Below are positions 53,613 through 64,000 of a stretch of DNA of 64,000 nt, in pieces; position 1 is the stretch's first letter, and every line of letters starts with the position of its first letter. The stretch spans positions 868,001-932,000 of the forward strand of contig OZ218952.1 in NCBI GenBank assembly GCA_965112735.1. Direction: 5' to 3'. The position numbers and the translations under genes were made by a program. The notes under the pieces are model-generated. The model searched no databases and was not told the DNA's origin. It was given only the letters and a program-made list of their open reading frames with translations. Source of the stretch: Phaeosaccion multiseriatum (Eukaryota > Protista > Ochrophyta, other classes).

Positions 53613-53968
53613 ATTTACGATGCTTAGATACGATAGAGGAGAGAGGTGTGAGGAGGGAAAAAGAGGGGGAGGAGAGGTCGAGCGACAGAGAGTAGGCCGC
53701 CGTCGGACCCAGTTTGCACTTTCAGTGCTGAGATTTTGCGCGGATCTTCCCCATGAGTGGCCACAATAAAGCTTTTTTCTCTCTGCACGAAGGAAGGAGG
53801 AAGGGAGGACAAGGGTAGGCCCGACCTGTGTTCCTCCTCGATGTCTTCTCCCCCTTCCGCCTTGTCCTTCTCCCCATGTCCTGACTTGTTGGAAGGGGCG
53901 GCCGCGAGTTGAGTGGCTCATAGGGGAGACGAAGGAGCATCTTTGGGGGATAGCAGAGAAGAGGAGCC

Positions 53969-56900
53969 ATGTCGCACGATCGCACAGTGCTTCGCGATGA
54001 GGTCCGTGAGATGCGCTTCGGCTTCCTCAGTAGCGAGGAGATCAGAGCCATGAGCGTTCTCCAGATTACGTCGCCAGTGACCTACGATGCATTGAACAAT
54101 CCCCTGCCAGGGTGAGTGAGTGAGGGAGTGAGTGAGTCAGTGACTGAAGCGGGAGAAGGGGGATGAGGAGGGCAGGACAAGGTAGTGAATGGGTGAGTCG
54201 AAATGGGGTAGCGAATGAGCATGCTCTCTTGAGCCGTACGTACGTGAGCCGGCAGGATGGCTTGTGTGGATGGAGGTGGGAGCTCATATCCTACAGAAGG
54301 GGTCCATTACAGGCACTCGCGCGCTCTCTCCCCCAACTTCTGGTATGGACGTGCTTCGTTCCGTACTGTGCTCCTTCCCCCCTTACCCCCTCCGCCCCTC
54401 CCCTCTCTCTCTTGTCACGCACCTTTCCCCACACTCAGCGGGCTATACGACCCTCTGCTGGGCCCCACAGAGGCACGCACGACCTGCCCGACGTGTGGCC
54501 AGGATCAGAAGAACTGCACAGGGCACATGGGACACGTGGAGCTGTCTGTGTCTGTGTACCACCCCTTGCTCTTTGGCGTTCTCTATCGGGTGAGTTAAGT
54601 GAGCTGCCCGACGCTTCTGATGTATATATTATATACACATGTATTTATTACACCCCGGACTACTTTAACAACCCCCCCCCCCCCCCTCTATCCGTTCATC
54701 GTATTATGCCTCTAAACTACCCCAGCCCCTTCCTTGCTCCACCCCACACCCCTCACCCCCCTCGCAACACCACTCCTTTATCCCACACATGGACTATGTA
54801 ACCAATGCAAAAATAATCACAGATGCTGCGGTCCAAGTGCTTCACTTGTCACCGCCTCCGCATGAGCTCCTACCGCACACGCAAGGCCCGTGTGCAGCTC
54901 GCCCTCCTGGACAGCGGCGACTCCATGGCCGCACAGGGGCTTGTCGAGGAGACACAAGGCAGGACGGGGAGGGACCAGCACATAGAGGATGGGGACCGGG
55001 TAAGAGGAGGAGGAGGAGGAGGAGGAGGAGCAGGAGGAGGAGGAGGAGGAGGAGGAGGAGGAGGAGGAAGAGGAGGAGGAAGAGAAGAAGGAGGAGGAGG
55101 AGGAGGAGGAGGAGGAGATTGGAGGGAGGGATTGTCAGCGCTAATTTTTCAGTGCTGCTGCTGGCGATGCAAAAGGGTGCTTGGCCCACTCGGGATCTTC
55201 ATTCATAGCCTTTTCGTTCCATTCGTCCCTTCTCCTCTCTTTCTCCTCTCTCGTCTCTCCTCGTTCTGTCTCTCTCTCTCTCTTTGCGCCTCGTTTGCCC
55301 TATTGCCCGATCGATACCCAAACGCAACAACCACTCCATGTACATGACAGGCGCTGCTGGAGGCCAATCCCGATAACTTTGGAGAGCGAGTGCTGGAGCG
55401 AAGGGAGGCGAGCCTTAAGGGCAAGAAGAGGAAGCTTGTGCAGGGACATGACAGGGCTCTGAGGTGAGAGGAGGGAGGGGAGGGGGAGGAGAGGGGAGGG
55501 GGACGAGAGGGGAGAGAGGCACATGGGGCGGAAGTGCAGCGGCAGGGGAGTGGACGGAACAAAATCCATCGATGGATGGATTGATTTGATGTGCAACCTG
55601 CACACACATCCTTAACAATTGAAACAATGCGCTGACGAGTCATGATTTCATACGCGGAAGGGGAACGGCGGCCTTGTGTCGCTTTTGCGTCCCCTCTTTT
55701 TGACGAGAAATTACCATGCTGCCTTCCTGCTGAGCATTGAACACTTCAATCGTTTTGGGTTTGAGTTGGAGTGTGCGCTCGCTGTACAAGGGGGGTCGAG
55801 GAGAGAAAGGGGAGGGAGAGCAAAAGGGAAGGGGCAGGCAAAGAACCTACGTATACCTCCATGCCGTCGCCATTTGTCTGCTGCGTGTCACCAACTCACT
55901 CACTCACTCCTGTATATCACCTACTGCCGTATCACCAACTGCTGTAGGCGGCAATGGGTGGACGAGCTCATCAAGGGCCTGGCCGCCGTCGGAAAGTGCG
56001 AGAACTGCGGCGCTTACAGGTGACGACGACGATGGACGGACGTTAGCAGTCTAGCTGGTTTCAGTTTCAGTTTGTTGGTGGCCAGAGGGACTTCCAGGAA
56101 TCAACCTAAGAATTATTTATGTATGTGTGTGTGTTTGTTTGGAGGAGGGGTGGGTAGAGCGTGTGTGTGTGTTTGTTTGGAGGAGGGGTGGGACACTTTA
56201 TTGACTTAAGGAGGGGTGGGTAGAGCGCATAGAGGACATACGTGTGCAGTGATGTGTTGTCTTGTGTGTGTGTCTTGTTTCCTTTCCCACAAAGCCCACT
56301 CTCCTACCACTCCTAACTCTTTCAAGTCTTTCTTTGCCCCACGCTCTACCACACCACCGCGACCCCACCACCACCACTACCACCACCACCACTACCACCA
56401 CCACCACCACCACCATCATCACCACCACCACCACACCACCACCATCACACCACCACCACAGTCCCGGCATTCGTAAGGACGGGTACAACAAAATCTTCCA
56501 AAAGGCGTTGACTGAGAAGGCCGCGCGCCACAACCGCAACATTAACATTGACACAACGGCAGCAGTTACCTCCCTCGAGGGGAAAGGAGGAGGAGGAGAG
56601 GGGAAGGCACAGGAAGGGGCAGACGACAGCGATGACGACAGTGATGAGGACAGCGAAGAGGAGGGTGGTGGGGGGGGGGGGGATGGGGGGGGGACTAAGG
56701 CCGACCAATACATGCCCCCCCTGGAGTGCGAGCTGCAACTCAAACTGCTATGGGCGAAGGAGGCAGGCCTCCTGACCACGCTCTTTGGCCAGCTGCTGCC
56801 TTGTTCACAGGTGGGTTGTACGTGTGTGTATGGTGTGTGTGTATGTGTGCGTGTGCATGTGCGTGTGCGTGTGTGTGCGTTTGCGCGTGTGTATGTGTGT

Positions 56901-57993
56901 GTGCATGTGTGTGTGCGTGTGTGTGCGTGTGTGTTCTGTGCGTGTGGGTAGGTGGATGGGCGCAATGGCGGGTTGATTGGGTAGTTGGTTGGGTAGTTGG
57001 TTGGGTGGTTGGTTGGGTGGTTGGTTGGGTAGTTGGTTGGGTGGTTGGTTGGGTAGTTGGTTGGGTAGTTGGTTGGGTAGTTGGTTGGGTAGTTGGTTGG
57101 TTGGGTAGTTGGTTGGCTAGTTGGTTGGCTAGTTGGTTGGGTGGTTGGTTGGGTGGTTGGTTGGGCAGTTCGTTGGGTGGTTGATTGGTTGGTTGGTTGG
57201 GTAGTTCGTTGGGTAGTTGGTTGGGTGGTTGATTGGTTGGTTGGTTGGTTGGGTAGTTGGTTGGGTAGTTGGTTGGGTAGTTCGTTGGGTGGTTGATTGG
57301 TTGGTTGGTTGGGTAGTTGGTTGGTTGGTTGGTTGGTTGATTGGGTGGTTGGGTTATTGGTTGGTTGGTTGGGTGGTTGGTTGGGTGGTTGATTGGTTGG
57401 TTGGTTGGGTAGTTGGTTGGGTAGTTCGTTGGGTAGTTCGTTGGGTGGTTGATTGGTTGGTTGGTTGGGGGGTTGGGTGGGGATGAGGGTGGGGATGAGG
57501 GTGGGTGAGTGGGTGGGGAAATGTGTGTGTTACAAGCGCGAGAGAAGGATGGTTGGTTGGTTGGCTGGTTGGTTAGTTGGTGCTTGGGGATGGGTGGGTG
57601 TGCGTGCATGAGACAAAGGGAGAGAGAGAGAGAGAGGAGACACACACACGCACAGAGAGAGGGAGAGAAAGAGGGAGAGAGAGAAAGACAGAGAAAGAGA
57701 GAGAGAGGGAGAGAAAGAGGGAGAGAGAGAAAGACAGAGAAAGAGAGAGAGAGGGAGAGAAAGAGGGAGAGAGAGAAAGACAGAGAAAGAGAGAGAGAGG
57801 GAGAGAAAGAGGGAGAGAGAGAAAGACAGAGAAAGAGAGAGAGAGGGAGAGAAAGAGGGAGAGAGAGAAAGACAGAGAAAGAGAGAGAGAGGGAGAGAAA
57901 GAGGGAGAGAGAGAAAGACAGAGAAAGAGAGAGAGAGGGAGAGAAAGAGGGAGAGAGAGAAAGACAGAGAAAGAGAGAGAGAGGGAGATGGCG

Positions 57994-58024
<31 letters not shown>

Positions 58025-60678
58025 GAGGGAGATGGCGAGAGAGAGAGAGAGAGAGAGAGGGAGAGGAGGAGACCGAGAGGAGAGAGAGACAGATGATGCA
58101 ATGACGAGTCATGTTTTCTGTTACAGCGGACGCAGGGAGAATTTATTACTCACCCTCGCCTGACGAAAAGATCCATGCTGCCTTCCTTCCGAGCATCACT
58201 CTGTCTCTCTGTCCTCCTCTCTATTCATGTCTTGAGTCTCTCTATCCTCCTTCTCTCTATTCACATCTTTACTTTTTCCTCTATCCTTGTGACACTGTCT
58301 CTCTATCCTCCTTCTCTCCTTTCACATGTCTACTTTTTGTCTCTATCCTTGTGCTATTTCGTCGTTGTTGTGTAGTTGTGCCCCTCTCAATCGTACACAC
58401 ACTCCACGTCTCTTTTGTCTCACTCGGACTCTGACTTTGCTCCCTCCCCCTCCCTCCCTCTCCCCCTCCCTCCCCCTCCCTCCCTCCCTCTCTCCCTCCC
58501 TCCTCCCTCCCTCCCTCCCTCCCTCCCTCCTTCCCAACCCACCCACCACCCCGTCTCTGCCCCATCCCCCCCCCTTCCTCCTCCCTCTCCACCCCTCTAC
58601 CTCAGGGAGTGGGTGAGACAGTGGACTGTGCGGACCCCTCAGGCTACCTCCGCTTCTTCCTGCGCACTCTCGCTGTGCCGCCCCCGAGGTTCAGGCCGCC
58701 AATGAAGATGGGAGCAGCCATCGCAGAGCATCCGCAGGTCAGTCTTGTTCTTGTGGGTGTGGGTACATGGCGTGGAACAGGCATATGGGCAGAGCAGGCG
58801 TGGAACAGGCGTATAGGCAGAGCAGGCGTGGAACAGGCAGATGGGCAGAGCAGGATATGAGCTGGGCCCGACAAACGCGTGTGTGTGTGTGTGTGTGACC
58901 AACCAGGCAACCAACCAATCAACGATCCAACGAACGAACCAACCGCAACCACCAAACCAACCCTTCCCCCACTACCACCACAACCACAGAACGTTATGCT
59001 CTGCCGCATCATGAGCCTCAACGAGCGGTTACAGAACAACGACGAGGAACTTGAAGGAGGAGATATGAGCAAGGCGTTGCAGACGTGGATCGAGCTGCAA
59101 ACCAACGTGAATTGCTTTATGGATAGCAGCAAGGATACAAGATTGGGCAGCGCCGATGGGCCCCCGGGTGTGCGGCAGCTGCTGGAGAGGAAGGAGGGCC
59201 TTTTCAGGAAGCATATGATGGGCAAGCGAGTCAACTACGCCTGCAGATCTGTTATTAGGTGGGTGGGGGTGGGGGTGGTTGGGTGTGGGTGGGTGGGGGC
59301 ACGAACGTGTGTGTGTGTGTGTGTGTGTGTTGCCAATGACGAGAAATCTGTTATCGATCTCCGAATTTTTATTTTCTGTAAAAAGCCGTGTGGAGACAAC
59401 CTTTTTAGACACCTGTGTTTCTGAGGCACACACACACACACACACACAATCACACCTTCCACCCGCTCTGCCCTCGCAGAGAGAGAGAGAAAGGATGGAG
59501 TTTGCTCTTCCAAATTTCCTCCTGTAGACCGAACAATCGACCGCTCAACCTGAATGAACCCCTCCTTTTCCGCTCCCCTCCCCTCCCCTCCCCTCCTCTC
59601 TCCCCTCCCCTCCCCTCCCCTCCTTCTCCCCTTCCCTCCCCCCACCCCACTCCCCAACAACCCTTTCCCCTTATATATACATACATACATACATACATAT
59701 ATACATACATACATACATACATACATACATACCCCATATGCTTTTTCCCCATACGCCCATTTGTTCGTACCCATTCGGCCCTCCCTTTTTTTCCCTTAAT
59801 ATATACCTTTATTGTTATTATGGTTGTTACCTGTGCTTAGTCCGGACCCTTACATCGGCACCACGGAGATCGGCATACCCCTCCGCTTCGCCAAGGTGCT
59901 CACCTACCCAGAGCCTGTGGCGCATTGGAATGTTGACTATCTCAGGACCCTCGTGGACAATGGGGCCGACGGCTACCCAGGTGGGTGCGTGTACCACGTC
60001 AATGGGTGGGAGTCAAAGCGCGGCTGGCTGGCTGGGTGGGTGGGTGGGTGGGTGTAGTAAGTCAATGGGGGTGGGTGCGTGGTGTTAGGTCAGTGGGCGG
60101 GGCACGTAGTCAGTGAATGGGTTGGGTGTATGGGTGAATGGATCAAATCGTAGTCAGTGAATGGGTGGGTGCGTGGGTGGGTCAAATCGTTCTTTTCTTC
60201 TCTTTCCGTCGTCTTACTACGGTATCATCGATTTTGGGTTTTCTCTTGTTTCGAGTGTCGGACATGGAGTTCTCTGCTTGCTTCAGAATGTCGTACATCG
60301 ATTTTTGATTGGGCCCTCCTCAGCTCTTACGTCGCTCGTTGGTTTTTGTTTTGGTTTTGTTTGTCTGACCCCCCCCCCCCCCCTCTTACACACAGGCGCT
60401 AACTTCGTGGAGGACGAGCGAGGTCGCCTGACGGACCTCGGCCGCCTCCCTCCCTTGAAGCGCAAGGGACTCTCTGCCAGGCTGCTCTCCTCCCCAGGGC
60501 AGAAGGTGTGGAGGCATGTGAGGGATGGGGACGCCATGCTCGTCAACCGGCAGGTATGTATGTATGTATGTATGTATGCATGCACGTGCGTGGGTTGGTG
60601 ATACAGGGGTGTGGTGCGTGTGCATGTGTGTGCATGTGTGTGGGGGGGTGTGTGTGTGTGTGACTGTATGTGTGTGTG

Positions 60679-60712
<34 letters not shown>

Positions 60713-61887
60713 GGTGTGTGGGTGGGTGTGTGTGGGTGTGTGGGTGGGTGGGCGGGTGGCGCGTCTTGTTTGTGAGGGGTAGCGCAGTGAGGGTGGTAGA
60801 TTTTACAGTAGTCCCCTCTCAGGGATTTGTGTCAGCCTCCTCCCTCCCTCCCTCCCTTATCTCTCTCCCTCGCCCTCCCTCACTGACTCCCCCCCTCCTC
60901 CCTCGCCCTCCTCTCACCCAACACAACCAAAACATGACGACGACCCAACAACAACACAACTTCACCTTCAACTTCAACTTCCAAAAGCCTACCCTCCACA
61001 AGCCCGGTATCATGGCCCATCACGTGCGGGTGATGAAGAACCCTTCCTTCCAAACCATCCGCATGCACTACGCTAACTGCAACACGTACAACGCCGACTT
61101 CGACGGAGATGAGATCAATTGCCACTTGCCCCAGAACGACCTTGCCAGGGCGGAGGCGAATCTCATTGCCTTCACCAACGAGCAGGTGCGTGTGTGTGTG
61201 GGGGGGGGGGGGGGGAGGGGGGGTTGAGGGGGTGTGCGTGCGTGTGTGTATGTAAGTGGGTGTGGGTTTTTTTTAATTTTTGTTCGGGGGGGGGCTGTGG
61301 CTTCATTTGTACATCTTCTCCTTAACACCCCCTCCCTCCCCTCTCGCTCTTTCTCCTCCTCCTCCCCTCACCTCCTCCTCCTCCTCCTCCTCCTCCTGCT
61401 CCTCCTCCTCCTCCTCCTCCTCCTCCTCCTCCACTTTCTCCTCCTCCTCCACTTCCTCCTCCTCCTCCACTTCCTCCTCCTCCTCCTCCTCCTCCTCCCC
61501 TCCTCCTCCCCCCCCTCCCCCCGCAGTACTGCGCTCCCACCTCCGGTAAGCCTCTCCGAGGCCTTATCCAAGACCACGTGGATGGGGGGGTCAAGATGTG
61601 TAGCAAGGACTGCTGGATAGGCAGGGAGCTCTACCAGCAGCTCGTCTATCAGGTAGGGTGGATGGATGGATGGCAGTGGATAGGTGGGATGAGACGTGCG
61701 GTGATGAACGGCGGCAAGGGCAGGCGGACAAGGCAGTGGGTGATTGAGTGAGTGAATGGCGTGTGTCTGTCCCTATGGGGAGGAGGAGGACGAGGGGGAG
61801 GAGGAGGAGGAGGAGGAGGAGGAAGAAGAAGAGGAGGAGGAGGACGAGGGGGAGGAGGAGGAGGAGGAGCAGGAAGAGGAGGGGGAG

Positions 61888-61920
<33 letters not shown>

Positions 61921-64000
61921 CAGCAAGACGAGCAGGAAGAGGAGCAGGAAGAGGAGAAGAGGGAGGATGAGGACGCGGAGGAGTAGGAGGAGGAGGGCGC
62001 GGAAAAAGAGGAGGAGGAAGAAGAAGAGGAGGCGGAAAAGGAGGAGGAGGAGGAGGAGGAGGAGGAAGAAGAGGAGCAGGAAGAGGAGGAGGAGGAGGAG
62101 GAGGAGGAGGAGGAGGACGCGGAAAAGGAGGAGGAGGCGGAGGAGTAGGAGGAAGAAGAGGAGGAGGAGGCGCGAAGGAGGAGGAGGAGGAGGAGGAGGA
62201 GGAGGAGGGGGCGTCGTGGTACCTTCACATTCTTGGCAATGACGATACAACCGGCACCAGACTTTCTGTCACTTACATTGATGAAAAATCTCGCTTTGAC
62301 CGAGCCACGAATGGGATGGGGAAGGAATGAACAAGGGGGGAGGGGGGGGTGACCTACGGGGATGGGAAGAGAGAGAGGGGGGGAGGGGGGTGGATGGAGG
62401 GAGGGAGGGAGGGAGGGAGGGAGGGGCAGGGAGGGTTTGTTTCAAGCATCCTCTGGCTCAAGTATCCTCCTCCATCTCGTATCCCCCCCACCCCTCCTCC
62501 CTCCCTCCTCCTCCCTCCTCCTCCATCTCGTATCCCCCCCACCCCTCCTCCCTCCCTCCTCCTCCCTCCTCCTCCCTCTCCTCCCTCCCTCCTCCTCCCT
62601 CTCCTCCCTCCCTCCCTCCCTCCCTCCTCCTCCCTCCTCCTCCCTCTCCTCCCTCCCTCCCTCCCTCCCTCCTCCTCCCTCTCCTCCCTCCCCCCTCTCT
62701 CTCTCTTAGGCACTTGCTGGTCTGCCCGGTCTGGAGATAGTCAAGCCCCTGGAGCGCATCTTCTCCATCCCCCCGGCCATTCTCAAGCCCAAGATGCTCT
62801 GGTCGGGCAAGCAGGTACGGGCAAGGACACACACACACACACACACACGCACGCACGCACACACACACACACACATACCATGACTGCTCCCCCCTCAGGT
62901 AGAGAGCCAAACCCCCTAACTTAGAGCAACCTCCCCCTACCCCCCCTTCAATCAACCCCCCCACCCCCCCTTCGATCATTCGATCCCCCCACCCCCCCTT
63001 CGATCAACCCCCCCACCCCCTCTTCGATCATTCGATCCCCCCACCCCCCCTTCAATCAACCACTCTATCCCCCCACCCCGCCTTCAACCAGGTCATCTCC
63101 ACCCTCCTGCGGCACCTGACGTTCGGGCTGCCTCAGCTGCACCTCAGTTACAAGGCGAAGACTCCGGCAGTCGCCTTCGGAGAGGCCACGGAAGAGCATC
63201 TGGTGAGTAGAGAGAGGGAGGGGGAGGGGGAGGGGGGGGGGGGGGGGATGGCAGTGGATGGGGGAGGGGGATAGAGAGAGGGACGGATAGCGAGACAGGG
63301 AGCGAGAGACAGGGAGAGAGAGGGAGAGAGAGATAGGGGGGGGTGCAAGTGTGAAGTGTGAGGTGCGGTGCGAATGATTATGAAGCAAGATGACGAGTAT
63401 GAGTGGCGGGGTAGTTCCCGCCGTACGCATTGATTACAAAGTACGAGGCATTTATATGAAGCACACGCACACACACGCGCACACACACGCGCGCACACAC
63501 GCACAAGGCAGATAAAAATACACACTCAGACGAAGAGGAAGACAATAGAGACACATTAGAAGAGGAAGACAATAGATATACACTCAGACGAAGAGGCAGC
63601 TGCTGCTGCTGCAGAGAGAGCGTTTGACTGACGACTGTGCAGCGTTTGCTCATGTGCTCATGATTCAGTAGAGAGCGTCTCTAATCACCCCACACCATCA
63701 CCCCCCCTCCCCTTCCACGCACACACACACTCTCTCACTCTCGCACACACACATTCTCTTTGTCTCTCTCTCTCTCACACACACACTCCCTAACCCCACA
63801 CACTTACACACACACTCTCTCTCACACCACCACACCCACATACATACGTATATATATACACGCCCGTCCACACACCCACCCACCCACCCACCCCACAACA
63901 CACACACTCACTTACGTACTCACTTACGATACTGCTCAGATTGTGTTCTGCGAAGGGGAGCTCCTGCGAGGCGTGTTGGACAAGGCCTCGTTCGGGGCCT
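53969..64000 (+). CDS. RPA1: DNA-directed RNA polymerase I largest subunit, 5' part, multi-exon, continuing past the window end
   Basis: Motifs [116 protein letters not shown] and PPAILKP..LWSGKQVIS. HYANC and LIQDH are Pol I-specific. Confidence 0.96.
56811..58600. repeat. Compound microsatellite intron of RPA1: (GT)n, (GGTT/GGGTAGTT)n, a GA-rich minisatellite, then CT/CCCT tracts
   Basis: Directly visible blocks at about 56820-56945, 56970-57470, 57655-58090 and 58440-58600. Confidence 0.9.
61780..62210. repeat. Degenerate (GAG)n tract in an RPA1 intron
   Basis: About 430 bp of GAG repeats with scattered TAG. It lies between exons ending QQLVYQ and starting ALAGL. Confidence 0.85.

Noticed and set aside
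56970-57480. Interstitial telomeric repeat
   Set aside because: The units are GGTT/GGGTAGTT, not TTAGGG or TTTAGGG, and they fit the general G-rich 5' intron pattern.
61084-61122. RPA1 active-site variant [10 protein letters not shown] instead of DEMN
   Set aside because: All three catalytic Asp residues are intact, and M to I is a conservative change.
61756-62242. Acidic polyE exon of RPA1
   Set aside because: It has in-frame stops, and the flanking exons join in frame without it, so it is intronic.

Overview
This is eukaryotic nuclear DNA: GC-rich, gene-dense and intron-rich, with introns full of microsatellites. Bipartite signal-plus-transit peptides of the ASAFAP type suggest an alga with a secondary red plastid, probably an ochrophyte (inference). 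Genes recognisable from spliced translation, left to right, are: the 3' part of an RlmI/RlmK-like SAM methyltransferase; a plastid-targeted ICMT/PEMT-family methyltransferase; a 2OG-Fe(II) oxygenase; a Patched/NPC1-like sterol-sensing membrane protein; two tandem fasciclin (FAS1) genes; nucleoporin Nup107; an orphan coiled-coil ORF; a GEP4/PGPP1-like HAD phosphatase; TatD; a plastid-targeted lipoxygenase; a PX-domain membrane protein; a P-loop ATPase; PNO1/Dim2; an F-box-like plus sulfotransferase-like protein; and the 5' part of RNA polymerase I largest subunit. Most of the six-frame ORFs are low-complexity shadows. The most unusual signals are: (1) an exact 10-mer, TTGGTGATAC, found nine times across exons, introns and intergenic DNA; (2) a DNA-level fasciclin duplication, marked by a rearranged Nup107 remnant, in which one copy precisely lacks both introns; (3) a systematic G-rich 5' and C-rich 3' polarity in introns; (4) a 578-codon Gln-rich frame broken only by C-to-T-type stops; (5) a pair of orphan MGSGxSQM paralogs; and (6) codon-preserving echoes of gene ends in two 3' UTRs. 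No CRISPR array, tRNA or rRNA was seen. Splice coordinates were read by eye.
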